From NCBI GenBank assembly GCA_016700015.1, contig CP064995.1, forward strand, positions 420,001 through 452,000: DNA of 32,000 bases. Reading direction: 5' to 3'. This document shows positions 17,264-25,909 of the stretch, in pieces. The position numbers and the translations under genes are program-made. The notes under the pieces were generated by a model. The model saw only the letters and a program-made list of their open reading frames with translations. It made no database searches and had not been told where the DNA came from. Origin of the DNA: Candidatus Saccharimonadota bacterium (lineage in GTDB: Bacteria > Patescibacteriota > Saccharimonadia > Saccharimonadales > Saccharimonadaceae). The first letter of the stretch is position 1; the number at the start of each line of letters is the position of its first letter.

Positions 17264-17288
17264 ATTCAATTTCAGGTATACTAAACAC

Positions 17289-18188
17289 ATGTCGCATCGC
17301 GCACACAAGCACCAACAGTTTTCGTTTACACGGCGCCACTGGCCAGTATTGTTCGTGCTACCGCTTTTCGCCGCCGTATGTCTGCTTTTCTTGGCTTACA
17401 GCCATAATCAGCAGGTGAAGGCTGTCGCAAAACTCGAATCTGATCAAAGAGTTGCTTTTGCAAAAATTGATGCACAGGTGAAAGCAACACTTCAAAAACG
17501 AATTGATGATGCACATAGGGCAGAAGCCGAGGCAATCGCCCGCGCTAAAGCAGATGCAGCTACTCGTGCTGCGCAAACGACACCCAAAGTACCGCTGTCA
17601 TCAACAGCCAGCGCTACAAACTGCGCGATTAAAAATCCCGATTCGCTTCAGGTAGTGATCAACAAAAAGCATTGCTTTTCACCGCTTGAATGGTCGCCCC
17701 CTGACCTCATTGATGCCGGTGGAGCCCTGCTACGCGCCGAAGCCAGCCAACAATTCCAAGCGATGTCAGCGGCAGCTGCGGCGGCGGGACAAGGATTTGG
17801 TGTCAGCAGTAGTTATCGATCATACACCACCCAAATCACCACTTACAATTACTGGGTGAGCATTAGCGGCAGCGTGCAGGCCGATACGTATAGCGCACGC
17901 CCAGGCTATAGTGAGCATCAGTCGGGCCTCGCTATCGACGTCAAGGCTGGCAGCTGCGCTCTCAGCTGTTTCAATGGCAGCTCGCAGTACTATTGGCTCG
18001 CTGAGTATGCAGCTGACTATGGCTTTATCCAGCGCTATCCAGAGGGGCTCACAAGTATCACCGGCTACGAACCCGAGCCCTGGCACTGGCGCTACGTCGG
18101 CACGGCTGTCGCAAAAGATATGAAAACAAAGGGTATTCAGACACTTGAGCAGTACTACGGCATCACTGGCGGCGACTACGCAGGCTAG
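17289..18188 (+). CDS. VanY/M15B-type D-alanyl-D-alanine carboxypeptidase, membrane-anchored
   Basis: N-terminal TM (WPVLFVLPLFAAVCLLFLAY). The blocks SEHQSGLAIDV and EPWHWRYVG are the zinc-binding signature of the M15 family. The start is set at ATG 17289. The upstream part of the track ORF overlaps the previous gene. Confidence 0.8.
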   Translation: MSHRAHKHQQFSFTRRHWPVLFVLPLFAAVCLLFLAYSHNQQVKAVAKLESDQRVAFAKIDAQVKATLQKRIDDAHRAEAEAIARAKADAATRAAQTTPKVPLSSTASATNCAIKNPDSLQVVINKKHCFSPLEWSPPDLIDAGGALLRAEASQQFQAMSAAAAAAGQGFGVSSSYRSYTTQITTYNYWVSISGSVQADTYSARPGYSEHQSGLAIDVKAGSCALSCFNGSSQYYWLAEYAADYGFIQRYPEGLTSITGYEPEPWHWRYVGTAVAKDMKTKGIQTLEQYYGITGGDYAG

Positions 18189-18625
18189 TTGATGCGCTCC
18201 ACAACAACAGGCTCAACACCATGCGCATCGAGCACATCTATCAGTGGCGATGAGCAAACATACAGCACCACGCGGCGCCCCAGCCTGTCAATCTGCTGGA
18301 CACGCAATCTTCCGGGGCAACCCATAGTCAACTTTTCGCATACTGACTGACTCGTCGCTATCTCGACATCCAATTCATCGAGCTGCTCAGCCACAAGTTT
18401 CAAGTAGTCACCATGTCGTTCCGTCGCCACGATGCGAGCATCTGCCTCACTGATGCCACTAGCGTCAGATAGTCGTTCAACTATAAGATCTAGTGTTGCA
18501 GGGTTGAGTGCCAGGTCAGTCTCGGTCTTTTTTGCCGCCTCTAGGCCATCAGCGTGCTCAATAAGACGACGTACTGGGCCGCAGTCACATGCTTCGGGTA
18601 CTGGATATTCACCAACAAACTTCAT
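18185..18625 (-). CDS. hypothetical Cys-containing protein (146 aa)
   Basis: ATG 18625 (MKFVGEYPVPEACDCGP) lies behind TAGACA-18-TACTAT and 9 nt, with no SD. No known motif. Confidence 0.5.
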   Translation of the reverse strand: MKFVGEYPVPEACDCGPVRRLIEHADGLEAAKKTETDLALNPATLDLIVERLSDASGISEADARIVATERHGDYLKLVAEQLDELDVEIATSQSVCEKLTMGCPGRLRVQQIDRLGRRVVLYVCSSPLIDVLDAHGVEPVVVERIN

Positions 18626-18932
18626 TGTACTGCCATAGTACTGCCCTGGGCCCACCAATGTCTAGCATAACCAATAAATAATACTACGATTATCGTCTTG
18701 ACCATGATTAGCTGGCCTAGCGTACAATGAATATAGGTTATGGTTGTACTTGCACCCTGTGCATTTCCACAACCAAGCCATATATGCACACGTAGTTCGG
18801 TCAATCTGATTGCACTACCGTTATCACGACTTCAGACATACGCTGTTCTCGCTAGTAAAGTGGGGCAGGTCAGCGGTCTTGTCGTTCATACTCCACCACT
18901 TACAAACACGTAATATCATAGGAGAGTATGCT

Positions 18933-19172
18933 ATGAACAATCACATTTACAGTCCTGTTTCCGTCACCGGCGTAGGGTTTGGCCGCGATATGCAGCCAAT
19001 TCCAAAGCGTATGGAATGGGCCGGGCGCACGTACAACTTTGTTGACCGTGGCATCCGCGCTACCATCCGTCGTGGTGAGAATATCTGGAGTACCGTCACG
19101 ATCAGTGATGGCAGCCAGAGCTTCTGCTTGCGGCAGAGCGGCACCAGCTGGACACTACTTAGCGTCAGCTAG
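18933..19172 (+). CDS. small hypothetical protein (79 aa)
   Basis: ATG 18933 lies behind AGGAGAG and 6 nt. A terminator follows. No known motif. Confidence 0.5.
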   Translation: MNNHIYSPVSVTGVGFGRDMQPIPKRMEWAGRTYNFVDRGIRATIRRGENIWSTVTISDGSQSFCLRQSGTSWTLLSVS

Positions 19173-19192
19173 CGCCGTACAGGACGAAGAAT

Positions 19193-19219
19193 CACCCCCG
19201 AGTAGTCGGAGGTGTTTTT
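19193..19219 (+). terminator. intrinsic terminator
   Basis: CACCCCCGA/TCGGAGGTG stem (one mismatch) followed by TTTTT. Confidence 0.7.
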
Positions 19220-19293
19220 CGTATGGCTATGGTAAAATATTAAAAATTATAGTATAATTATTCTACTCGCTCAACGACAACGAAGGGAACTTC

Positions 19294-19584
19294 ATGGAAC
19301 AGCGAAGCAAACTGATCGGCGGCGCAGCCATCGGCGGAGCAGTACTCCTTGGCACGGCGCTCCTGATGCGAGCCCACTCGCGCAGGCGGCTGCACCAGCG
19401 CTACGACGCCGGGGTGATGAGCCAGCTCGGTGGTGACCCTGATGATTATCAGGGCCTTGCCGACGAGCTCACTGGCCGCACAGCAAGTGAACCACCCAAC
19501 CAGGCTGCGGCCTGGAGGCGCGCACGCAAACAGTTGCGGCGCATGCCCAAGTGGATGCGCAAAGTCGGCCCCGACCGGCCATAG
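19294..19584 (+). CDS. GC-rich small single-TM basic protein (96 aa)
   Basis: TM segment LIGGAAIGGAVLLGTALLM, then an Arg-rich tail. TATAAT at 19253-19258 and RBS GAAGGGA. Confidence 0.55.
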   Translation: MEQRSKLIGGAAIGGAVLLGTALLMRAHSRRRLHQRYDAGVMSQLGGDPDDYQGLADELTGRTASEPPNQAAAWRRARKQLRRMPKWMRKVGPDRP

Positions 19585-19596
19585 CGCATCCGCTCG

Positions 19597-19632
19597 CGCC
19601 CAGTTCTGCACTACTGCAGAACTGGGCGTTTT
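19597..19632 (+). terminator. intrinsic terminator
   Basis: Perfect 14-bp stem CGCCCAGTTCTGCA/TGCAGAACTGGGCG followed by TTTT. Confidence 0.9.
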
Positions 19633-19738
19633 AAATTGTGTATGTGGTCGGTTGATGTTGTTTTTCTACAGATCTATGGTATAATATTGATAAAGCTTCA
19701 TACTCGTGAAGTGTTCCTTGAAACGAAAAGAGGTTGAC

Positions 19739-20578
19739 ATGGCGACTCCGGTGGCTCAAATCGATACCGTGCGTGAATGGCCAGCCGACATGGCTGGGCA
19801 GCGCGTCGGATGGATTGCCGTCTGGAAGAGGGACGGGCTTGTGTTTGTTCGTTTTGCGTCAGCAAAGGTTTGCACACAGGGAGCACGCTGGATAAGCGTC
19901 ACATACCCTGGCAACGAGCCGTTCGATCAGTGGGATGGCCTTACGGACGCGGTGCACTATCAGACCGCTTGGAAGCTTGGCAAGCCATTCGAGATCCATC
20001 TTCCCCAGAATTTCGTGGACGTAAGTCTAAATGGCCAGCTGATCAATTACTTCGGCGACACACCTGACGACAAGATTGCTTGGGTGAATAGCCCGGCCGA
20101 ACTACTGGCCACGCTGCGCGAGAAGCTGGCACTTTGCGGTGCGTCTGAGTTGTTTGACCGCATCTACTACAACTACAACACCTTGTTGGCACACCCGCGC
20201 TTCTGGCGTGGTCGCGGCCTCGACAGTCATGATCATGCACTCAGCATGCTATTGGCTGATCCGCTGAGTCACGGCGCGACACTCGAACAAATCGAGCTCA
20301 TCTCCGGTATTCTTGACTGGATCGAAGAGATGACGAATTGCGCAGAGCAGGTTGATAAGGCTATCGGACTGGGTTGGGTCAAAGATGGCAACTACAGGAC
20401 GAAGCGCAACAAGCAGGTGCTCCTGGAGCTCGCTGATCGAGCCAGAGGTACGCAGATCCCGCTGCTTGTCATTAATGATCGGCCGGACGAATATAGGCCG
20501 CAGCTACTCGAGCACATGCTCGAGAACGCCCGAAACGCGCTCGACGCCATGCGTGCGATCTACGAGCACGAGGAGTAG
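19739..20578 (+). CDS. hypothetical protein (279 aa)
   Basis: ATG 19739 lies behind AAAAGAGG. The promoter is TTGTTT-16-TGgTATAAT (19658-19685). No known motif. Confidence 0.55.
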   Translation: MATPVAQIDTVREWPADMAGQRVGWIAVWKRDGLVFVRFASAKVCTQGARWISVTYPGNEPFDQWDGLTDAVHYQTAWKLGKPFEIHLPQNFVDVSLNGQLINYFGDTPDDKIAWVNSPAELLATLREKLALCGASELFDRIYYNYNTLLAHPRFWRGRGLDSHDHALSMLLADPLSHGATLEQIELISGILDWIEEMTNCAEQVDKAIGLGWVKDGNYRTKRNKQVLLELADRARGTQIPLLVINDRPDEYRPQLLEHMLENARNALDAMRAIYEHEE

Positions 20579-20595
20579 ACTTCATAGCTGCTCTA

Positions 20596-20613
20596 GCCCC
20601 TCTTCGGAGGGGC
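20596..20613 (+). terminator. hairpin terminator
   Basis: GCCCCTC-TTCG-GAGGGGC. The T tract is weak. Confidence 0.6.
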
Positions 20614-20624
20614 ACTTTCATGCC

Positions 20625-20724
20625 TAGACAAATGTGCGGAAACAATCTATAATACAGCTATTACAAATCAATGACGGGAGGCGACAAACTCGCCGCTACT
20701 ACCGCAGAAAGGGTTTAACCACCT
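20625..20724 (+). promoter_or_regulatory. rplA-specific promoter and leader
   Basis: TAGACA (20625-20630), 17-nt spacer, TATAAT (20648-20653). The leader carries GACGGGAGGCGACAAACTCGCC, a hairpin at 20680-20694 preceded by GGGAG. Confidence 0.6.
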
Positions 20725-21729
20725 ATGGCTAAAAAAGCCGAACTATTAGAAGAAGCTGCAAAGCTAAAGATTGAAGTGCCAGCAAAAGCAACGATTGCCG
20801 ATATCGAAAAACTTATTGAAGGCGCTAAGCCTGAAAAGCGTGAAAAAGTCGAGAAAGAGATTGTAGCCGAGCGTGAGGCCGTGGTCGCAAAGGCGGGTAA
20901 GCGCAGCGAAAAAGCTCTCAAAGAGTCTGAAGAAAAAGCCGACAAAGAAGCCCGCAAAGAAGTTGGCGATACCACTCCTCAAAATGCTGATGCCGCCGAG
21001 CACCACAAAAAGGGTCCGGCACCCAAAATCCGTCCGCTTGTCGAGCGCCGCGGTAAGAAATTCCAGGCAGTAGCCAAACTAGTTGACCGTAGCAAAGTCT
21101 ATTCACTGACTGAAGCGATGGAGCTAGCCGAAAAGACTAATCCGAGCAAATTCGATGCAAGTGTCGAGGTGCATGTACGCTTAGGTGTTGACCCGCGCCA
21201 GGCCGACCAGAACGTCCGCGCGACGGTGGGCTTACCGCACGGGACCGGCAAGACCATCCGCGTTGCCGTGTTCGCTCCAGAAGCCGACGCTGCTGCTGCC
21301 AAAAAAGCCGGTGCCGACATCGCCGGTGACGAAGAATTCGCTAAGCAGCTTGAGAAAGAAGAGCTGAACTTTGACGTACTAATCGCAACCCCTGCCTACA
21401 TGCCAAAACTCGGCAAATATGCCCGTTTGCTTGGTCCACGCGGCCTGATGCCAAACCCCAAGAGCGGTACCGTGGCAACCGATGTTGCAAAAGCCGTCAC
21501 CGAAGCCAAAGCCGGCAAGGTAGAATACCGTGTCGATAAGCAAGCAACAATCCACCTAAGCATCGGCAAAGTGTCGTTTGGTGCCAAAAAGCTCGAAGAA
21601 AACGCCGCGGCGTTCTTTGCCAGCCTGCAAGCCCAAAAACCAAGCAGCCTCAAGGGCATCTACGTGAAATCGACCACCATCGCCACCACCATGGGCCCTG
21701 GTATAAAGATCGAAAATCAGGCAAGCTAA
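20725..21729 (+). CDS. rplA: 50S ribosomal protein L1 with about 107-aa Lys/Glu-rich N-terminal extension
   Basis: From about residue 108 the sequence matches L1 ([39 protein letters not shown]). There is no internal start near the homology boundary. Confidence 0.9.
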   Translation: MAKKAELLEEAAKLKIEVPAKATIADIEKLIEGAKPEKREKVEKEIVAEREAVVAKAGKRSEKALKESEEKADKEARKEVGDTTPQNADAAEHHKKGPAPKIRPLVERRGKKFQAVAKLVDRSKVYSLTEAMELAEKTNPSKFDASVEVHVRLGVDPRQADQNVRATVGLPHGTGKTIRVAVFAPEADAAAAKKAGADIAGDEEFAKQLEKEELNFDVLIATPAYMPKLGKYARLLGPRGLMPNPKSGTVATDVAKAVTEAKAGKVEYRVDKQATIHLSIGKVSFGAKKLEENAAAFFASLQAQKPSSLKGIYVKSTTIATTMGPGIKIENQAS

Positions 21730-21786
21730 ATTAGTAGAAATTCTCTGCGCAAACTCACATTAAACTGAAGTATAGGAGTGAAAAGT

Positions 21787-21812
21787 AAACGGCGTCTTAC
21801 GACGCCGTTTTG
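21787..21812. terminator. bidirectional terminator between rplA and the convergent gene
   Basis: AAACGGCGTC-TTAC-GACGCCGTTT, flanked by A and T runs. Confidence 0.8.
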
Positions 21813-21836
21813 TTTACTGAGAGATTATGTTCAGGC

Positions 21837-22316
21837 CTAGTGAGCAACGCTTGACATGCCGGTGCCAGCATAGTAGTCATAGGCCTTAAATACGAAGTTA
21901 CTATTCAAGCAACCAGCTGCCGAATAAGTAGAGTAGTCCGAACTATACGTACATAAGATTGCCCAAGTCTGCCTTCCAACAATACCATCCTTTGTGAGCA
22001 AAACGGTCTGCCATGTGTCCTTTATGGTAACTGAGCTGTGAGCTTGAATGTTGGTAATAGCACTCTGTGTCTTTGACCCAAACTTACCATCAACAACCAG
22101 AGGAGTACGCGTCCCGAGGATATTGCTATTATTCGCATAAACTTGGTTTGAAAGAGCCTGAATATACTTAACACATGTCTGCACCGTTAGGTTATAGCTA
22201 TAAACATTGTCAGCACACGCTGCGCTTGCAGTCTGCGCATTGGCAACGCTTGTCACCCCAACCGCGCCAATTAGCGCGAACATAGCACCGAACACTCTTA
22301 TAGATTTTTTCATCAC
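21837..22316 (-). CDS. secreted protein with peptidoglycan-binding (PG_binding_1-like) domain
   Basis: Signal peptide MMKKSIRVFGAMFALIGAVGVTSVANAQTASA. The blocks VDGKFGSKTQSAITNIQ and DGIVGRQTWAIL are the PGB motif. RBS AAGGAGG. Confidence 0.65.
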   Translation of the reverse strand: MMKKSIRVFGAMFALIGAVGVTSVANAQTASAACADNVYSYNLTVQTCVKYIQALSNQVYANNSNILGTRTPLVVDGKFGSKTQSAITNIQAHSSVTIKDTWQTVLLTKDGIVGRQTWAILCTYSSDYSTYSAAGCLNSNFVFKAYDYYAGTGMSSVAH

Positions 22317-22343
22317 ACCTCCTTTACTCCTCCATTCCGTTTT

Positions 22344-23369
22344 GAATCAGGACACCCGATGCTAGACAATACACACCATGAAGAAAGCATCAAAGGTAAC
22401 GGATGCCGAGCGAAGCGAGATAGACATCCTCCATACCAAAGGCTATTCTGCACGGGCCATCGCCCGTGCATTGGGGCGCAGTCCCAATACCATTGCGACC
22501 GAGCTGCAACGCAATAGCCTCAAGGATGGGAGATACGTCGCTACCCACGCCAAACACAAAGCCTATGTACGGCGTAAGTATGCTCGCTACCAAGGCAAGA
22601 AGATTCAAGACAATGACGAGCTTCGCTCGTTCATCGTCCTGAAACTCTCTGAGCACTGGAATCCAGACGAGATAGCCGGCTATCTCAGAGCCAACTCAGC
22701 GCTTGGTATCTATGCCAGCAAGACGGCCATCTATGAATGGTTGCGCAGTGCCTGGGGACAACAGTACTGCCCGTTGCTGTACTCGAAGCGTTACCGCAAG
22801 AAACCACGCAGACAACTCAGGGCGGGTCACGTCATGATTCCCGACCGCACTTCCGTCACAGAGCGACCGCTGGTCGCTCTAGACCGAGCCGAGACCGGTC
22901 ACTGTGAATACGACAGCGTCGTGAGCAGCAAGCACCCAGGGAGCGCCTCTGCACTCGCTGTCCTTACCGAACGGTCTTCACGACTGGTACGAGCGAAGCT
23001 CGTACCTAACCTGAAGCCAGAGCCGTACGCACACACCATCTCGCGACTCGCGAGTGGGCTGGGGGTTCGCAGTATGACGACCGATAACGGCATCGAGAAC
23101 AGGCGCCACGCACTCGTCACTAATAAGACGGGCGCGCCCGTCTTCTTTACTGACCCCTATTCCTCTTGGCAAAAAGGCAGTGTCGAGAATGCCAACAAGA
23201 TGCTGCGTCGCTACTTCCCGAAGGGCACCGACTTTGCTACAGTGACACAAACGGATGTTGACAATGCGCTAGCACGCATTAACAACAAGCCGAGGAAGAT
23301 CCTCGGCTACAAAAGTTCATTACAAGTTGCAAAAGAGAAAGGATTAATTCTAGAGGGAGTGTCCTGATT
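22344..23369 (+). mobile_element. IS30-family insertion sequence (about 1.03 kb), apparently intact
   Basis: Terminal inverted repeats AATCAGGACAC (22344-22354) and GTGTCCTGATT (23359-23369), with a further imperfect match including CTAGA. They enclose a single transposase ORF whose stop lies inside the right IR. Confidence 0.8.
22378..23367 (+). CDS. IS30-family DDE transposase
   Basis: N-terminal HTH (ILHTKGYSARAIARALGRSPNTIATELQRN). DDE blocks GHCEYDSV, TTDNGIEN and GSVENANKMLRRYFPKG. Confidence 0.9.
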   Translation: MKKASKVTDAERSEIDILHTKGYSARAIARALGRSPNTIATELQRNSLKDGRYVATHAKHKAYVRRKYARYQGKKIQDNDELRSFIVLKLSEHWNPDEIAGYLRANSALGIYASKTAIYEWLRSAWGQQYCPLLYSKRYRKKPRRQLRAGHVMIPDRTSVTERPLVALDRAETGHCEYDSVVSSKHPGSASALAVLTERSSRLVRAKLVPNLKPEPYAHTISRLASGLGVRSMTTDNGIENRRHALVTNKTGAPVFFTDPYSSWQKGSVENANKMLRRYFPKGTDFATVTQTDVDNALARINNKPRKILGYKSSLQVAKEKGLILEGVS

Positions 23370-23450
23370 GGGGGGTGAATTTAGGACTACTAGTATAACC
23401 TTGTTATACAGCACGCTGGGTGGAGCTGTCAATGAATGTAGAAAGCCAGG

Positions 23451-24332
23451 CTAACCGATTGATTTTCGTACCAGCCATATGTCGACTAACTCGCGCGCAA
23501 AGTGAGCGATATCTTTCCGTAGCCGTATCAATTCCTCGCGCTCATCGTCATCAAGGAAAACACGCGAGGAGTGCGGTGCATTCCATTCCTTTTCAACACC
23601 TTTATGCGATACACTTGTCAAATACAGGTGACTATCTGATCGCCCCGTGTAGGTGGTACGATTCCCGATATATACCCGCTCACACGGGATTTCTTTATTG
23701 CCAATACGCTTATCAAGAAATAGGGCACTAGTTGCTTGAAAGCCGACTCTGCCCAATGCCGCAATTGCGTTGCTGATTGAGTAACCGGTAGCGACGTATT
23801 CTGTGATAATCAGAGCTTTATCCTCGTGCGATAGAGCAGTAAAGTCGGGTACTCGCAATTCATCTATCCTTCCACTAACGAATAGGCGGCGCGCTGGCGG
23901 GAGATCGTGCATGACTCTCACGATATTGATTGCTTGTCCTATAATCAAAGCGGGGATTCGCCCACTTGTATCTTCACCAACGATTGCAGTATATGTATCG
24001 GCATCGTCAAGCACAGCGAGCGCCGATGAGATAATAATCTCGCGCAGCTCAAGTGAACGGAGTATTGAGTTGTACTCGTAAGGGTCGGTTATTAGCCATG
24101 GATAGATATCCTGGCAAGCAGGACCAACAATCATCGGCTTATCTTGGTTACGATAAGTCTCATCAAATACACCGCGTTGCAACAAACGATTGCGCTCATA
24201 GCTATCAGTAATAATTACATGATGATCTTCCGGTACTGCCGGTGGCTGACAGGCCAATAACTCATCTTCCCATGGTAACTTAGAGGACGAATCGCTACCT
24301 AGGGCGTAATTCTCACGACTATTTCCAGTCAT
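23451..24332 (-). CDS. phosphoribosyltransferase-fold protein (non-canonical PRPP motif)
   Basis: AIVGEDTSGRIPALIIG (PPi-loop-like) and ALIITEYVATGYSI (PRPP-loop-like, with TE in place of DD). The start is at ATG 24332, behind TTGACA-17-TGgTATAAT and 9 nt. Confidence 0.5.
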   Translation of the reverse strand: MTGNSRENYALGSDSSSKLPWEDELLACQPPAVPEDHHVIITDSYERNRLLQRGVFDETYRNQDKPMIVGPACQDIYPWLITDPYEYNSILRSLELREIIISSALAVLDDADTYTAIVGEDTSGRIPALIIGQAINIVRVMHDLPPARRLFVSGRIDELRVPDFTALSHEDKALIITEYVATGYSISNAIAALGRVGFQATSALFLDKRIGNKEIPCERVYIGNRTTYTGRSDSHLYLTSVSHKGVEKEWNAPHSSRVFLDDDEREELIRLRKDIAHFARELVDIWLVRKSIG

Positions 24333-24421
24333 TATAATTTCATTATACCATATAATATAATCTATGTCAATATATTTATGGTAAATTATATTCACTGCTG
24401 TCTATTTGCTATCATAAGCGT

Positions 24422-24877
24422 ATGAGGAAACCACGGTTAAGCACCGGCCCAATCGTTCGCACCAGGGAAATGGAGCGCAAATATAAGAATCATCGCAAGC
24501 TACTGGAAAAAAGTAATTGCGATTTTTGCGATTTCACACCTGTTTCCAAACAGGTACGGCGTGAGTTCGCACACTTCTGGCTCGTCGATAATATTTTTCC
24601 CTACGCACTATGGGATGGCTGTAGGGTACTCGAACATTTATTGCTTGTGCCGAAACGTCATGTTATCTCACTAAGCGAACTAACCGCTATCGAAAGCGCC
24701 GAGTATGTGCAAATTATCAGCAACCTAGAAGATAGTGGCTACGCAGTCTATGCTCGACCCGCAGTATCGTCGGCAAAATCCGTGCCGCATCAGCACACGC
24801 ACTTCATACACATTGACAACATTAAGATTAAGACCCTTTACTATAACTATTCTCCCCACATGTTGTACTTTACATAA
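24422..24877 (+). CDS. HIT-family (histidine triad) nucleotide hydrolase/transferase
   Basis: C-terminal VPHQHTHFIH (HxHxHxx triad); 151 aa. Confidence 0.7.
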   Translation: MRKPRLSTGPIVRTREMERKYKNHRKLLEKSNCDFCDFTPVSKQVRREFAHFWLVDNIFPYALWDGCRVLEHLLLVPKRHVISLSELTAIESAEYVQIISNLEDSGYAVYARPAVSSAKSVPHQHTHFIHIDNIKIKTLYYNYSPHMLYFT

Positions 24878-24943
24878 CTTTACTAGTCATACGTGTTGAT
24901 TTGCCTCATACTAATTGGCATACGAAAGCAAGGAGGACCACGT

Positions 24944-25909
24944 ATGACGAAGCATTCCTATGAGACACAGTATCTTGATTTACTACGCAACATTCGCGAC
25001 AATGGCGATGACACAACCGACCGTACCGGCGTGGGCACGCGCGGTATTATGGGGGCACAAATGCGCTATGATCTGCGCGATGGATTTCCATTACTACAAA
25101 CGAAGCGAGTGCCACTTGGCGTAGTGGCAACAGAACTGTGCTGGATGCTGCAGGGACGAAGAGATTTGCGCTACCTCGTGGAGCGCAACTGTAACATTTG
25201 GAACGAATGGCCCTATGTCAACTATATGCGCGCTACCAGTCAAGCCCTGCCACCCCAAGACTCAGATGAGTGGAAGGGCAGCATGGCCGACTACATTGAG
25301 CGCGTCAAAACAGATGACGAGTTTTCTGAAGAATTCGGCGATCTTGGTCCGGTCTATGGCTACCAGTGGCGCCACTGGCCAGATGGATCGTTCAATGGTA
25401 TCGATCAGCTCGGCAGTGTGCAGGAGCAAATAAAACGAGGTTCTGATTCGCGTCGGCTCATCGTATCGGCTTGGAACCCTGCCGATATTGAAGAAATGGC
25501 AGTAGCCGGGCTGCCCCCGTGCCATATGATGTACCAGTTTAAGCGCTGGCCCGATGGCTCACTCGACATGGGGCTCTACCAGCGCAGCGCCGACATGTTC
25601 CTGGGTGTGCCGTTCAATATGGCGCAGTACGCGCTACTGCTCACCATGATGGCCGAAGTAACCGGCACCACACCGCGCTATTTTACGCATAGCTTTGGTG
25701 ACGCGCATATTTATACCAATCACTTTGATCAAGTTGAAGAACAGTTGTCGCGTGAGCCGCTACTCGCAACTCGTTTATTAAGTGGGGCACCGCGCATTGA
25801 ACTTAGCCCCTACGCCGACGCAAAAGATGTCGCTGATTTCGAGCCTTCAGACGTGACGGTGGATAAGTATTTTCCAATGAAGGCGATAAAGGCTCCTGTA
25901 GCGATATAG
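24944..25909 (+). CDS. thyA: thymidylate synthase ThyA (long form with insert)
   Basis: Blocks DRTGVGT, YGYQWRHW, PPCH, DAHIYTNH and C-terminal IKAPVAI. ATG 24944 lies behind AGGAGG. Confidence 0.95.
   Translation: MTKHSYETQYLDLLRNIRDNGDDTTDRTGVGTRGIMGAQMRYDLRDGFPLLQTKRVPLGVVATELCWMLQGRRDLRYLVERNCNIWNEWPYVNYMRATSQALPPQDSDEWKGSMADYIERVKTDDEFSEEFGDLGPVYGYQWRHWPDGSFNGIDQLGSVQEQIKRGSDSRRLIVSAWNPADIEEMAVAGLPPCHMMYQFKRWPDGSLDMGLYQRSADMFLGVPFNMAQYALLLTMMAEVTGTTPRYFTHSFGDAHIYTNHFDQVEEQLSREPLLATRLLSGAPRIELSPYADAKDVADFEPSDVTVDKYFPMKAIKAPVAI

Noticed and set aside
17106-17288. Upstream extension of the VanY ORF (track start 17106)
   Set aside because: It overlaps the previous gene and its terminator. 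ATG 17289 precedes the TM anchor and gives a normal VanY architecture.
20715-21106. Minus-strand ORFs 20715-20975, 20764-21006 and 20918-21106, and plus-strand ORF 20873-21073
   Set aside because: These are low-complexity shadow frames of the Lys/Glu-rich L1 extension.
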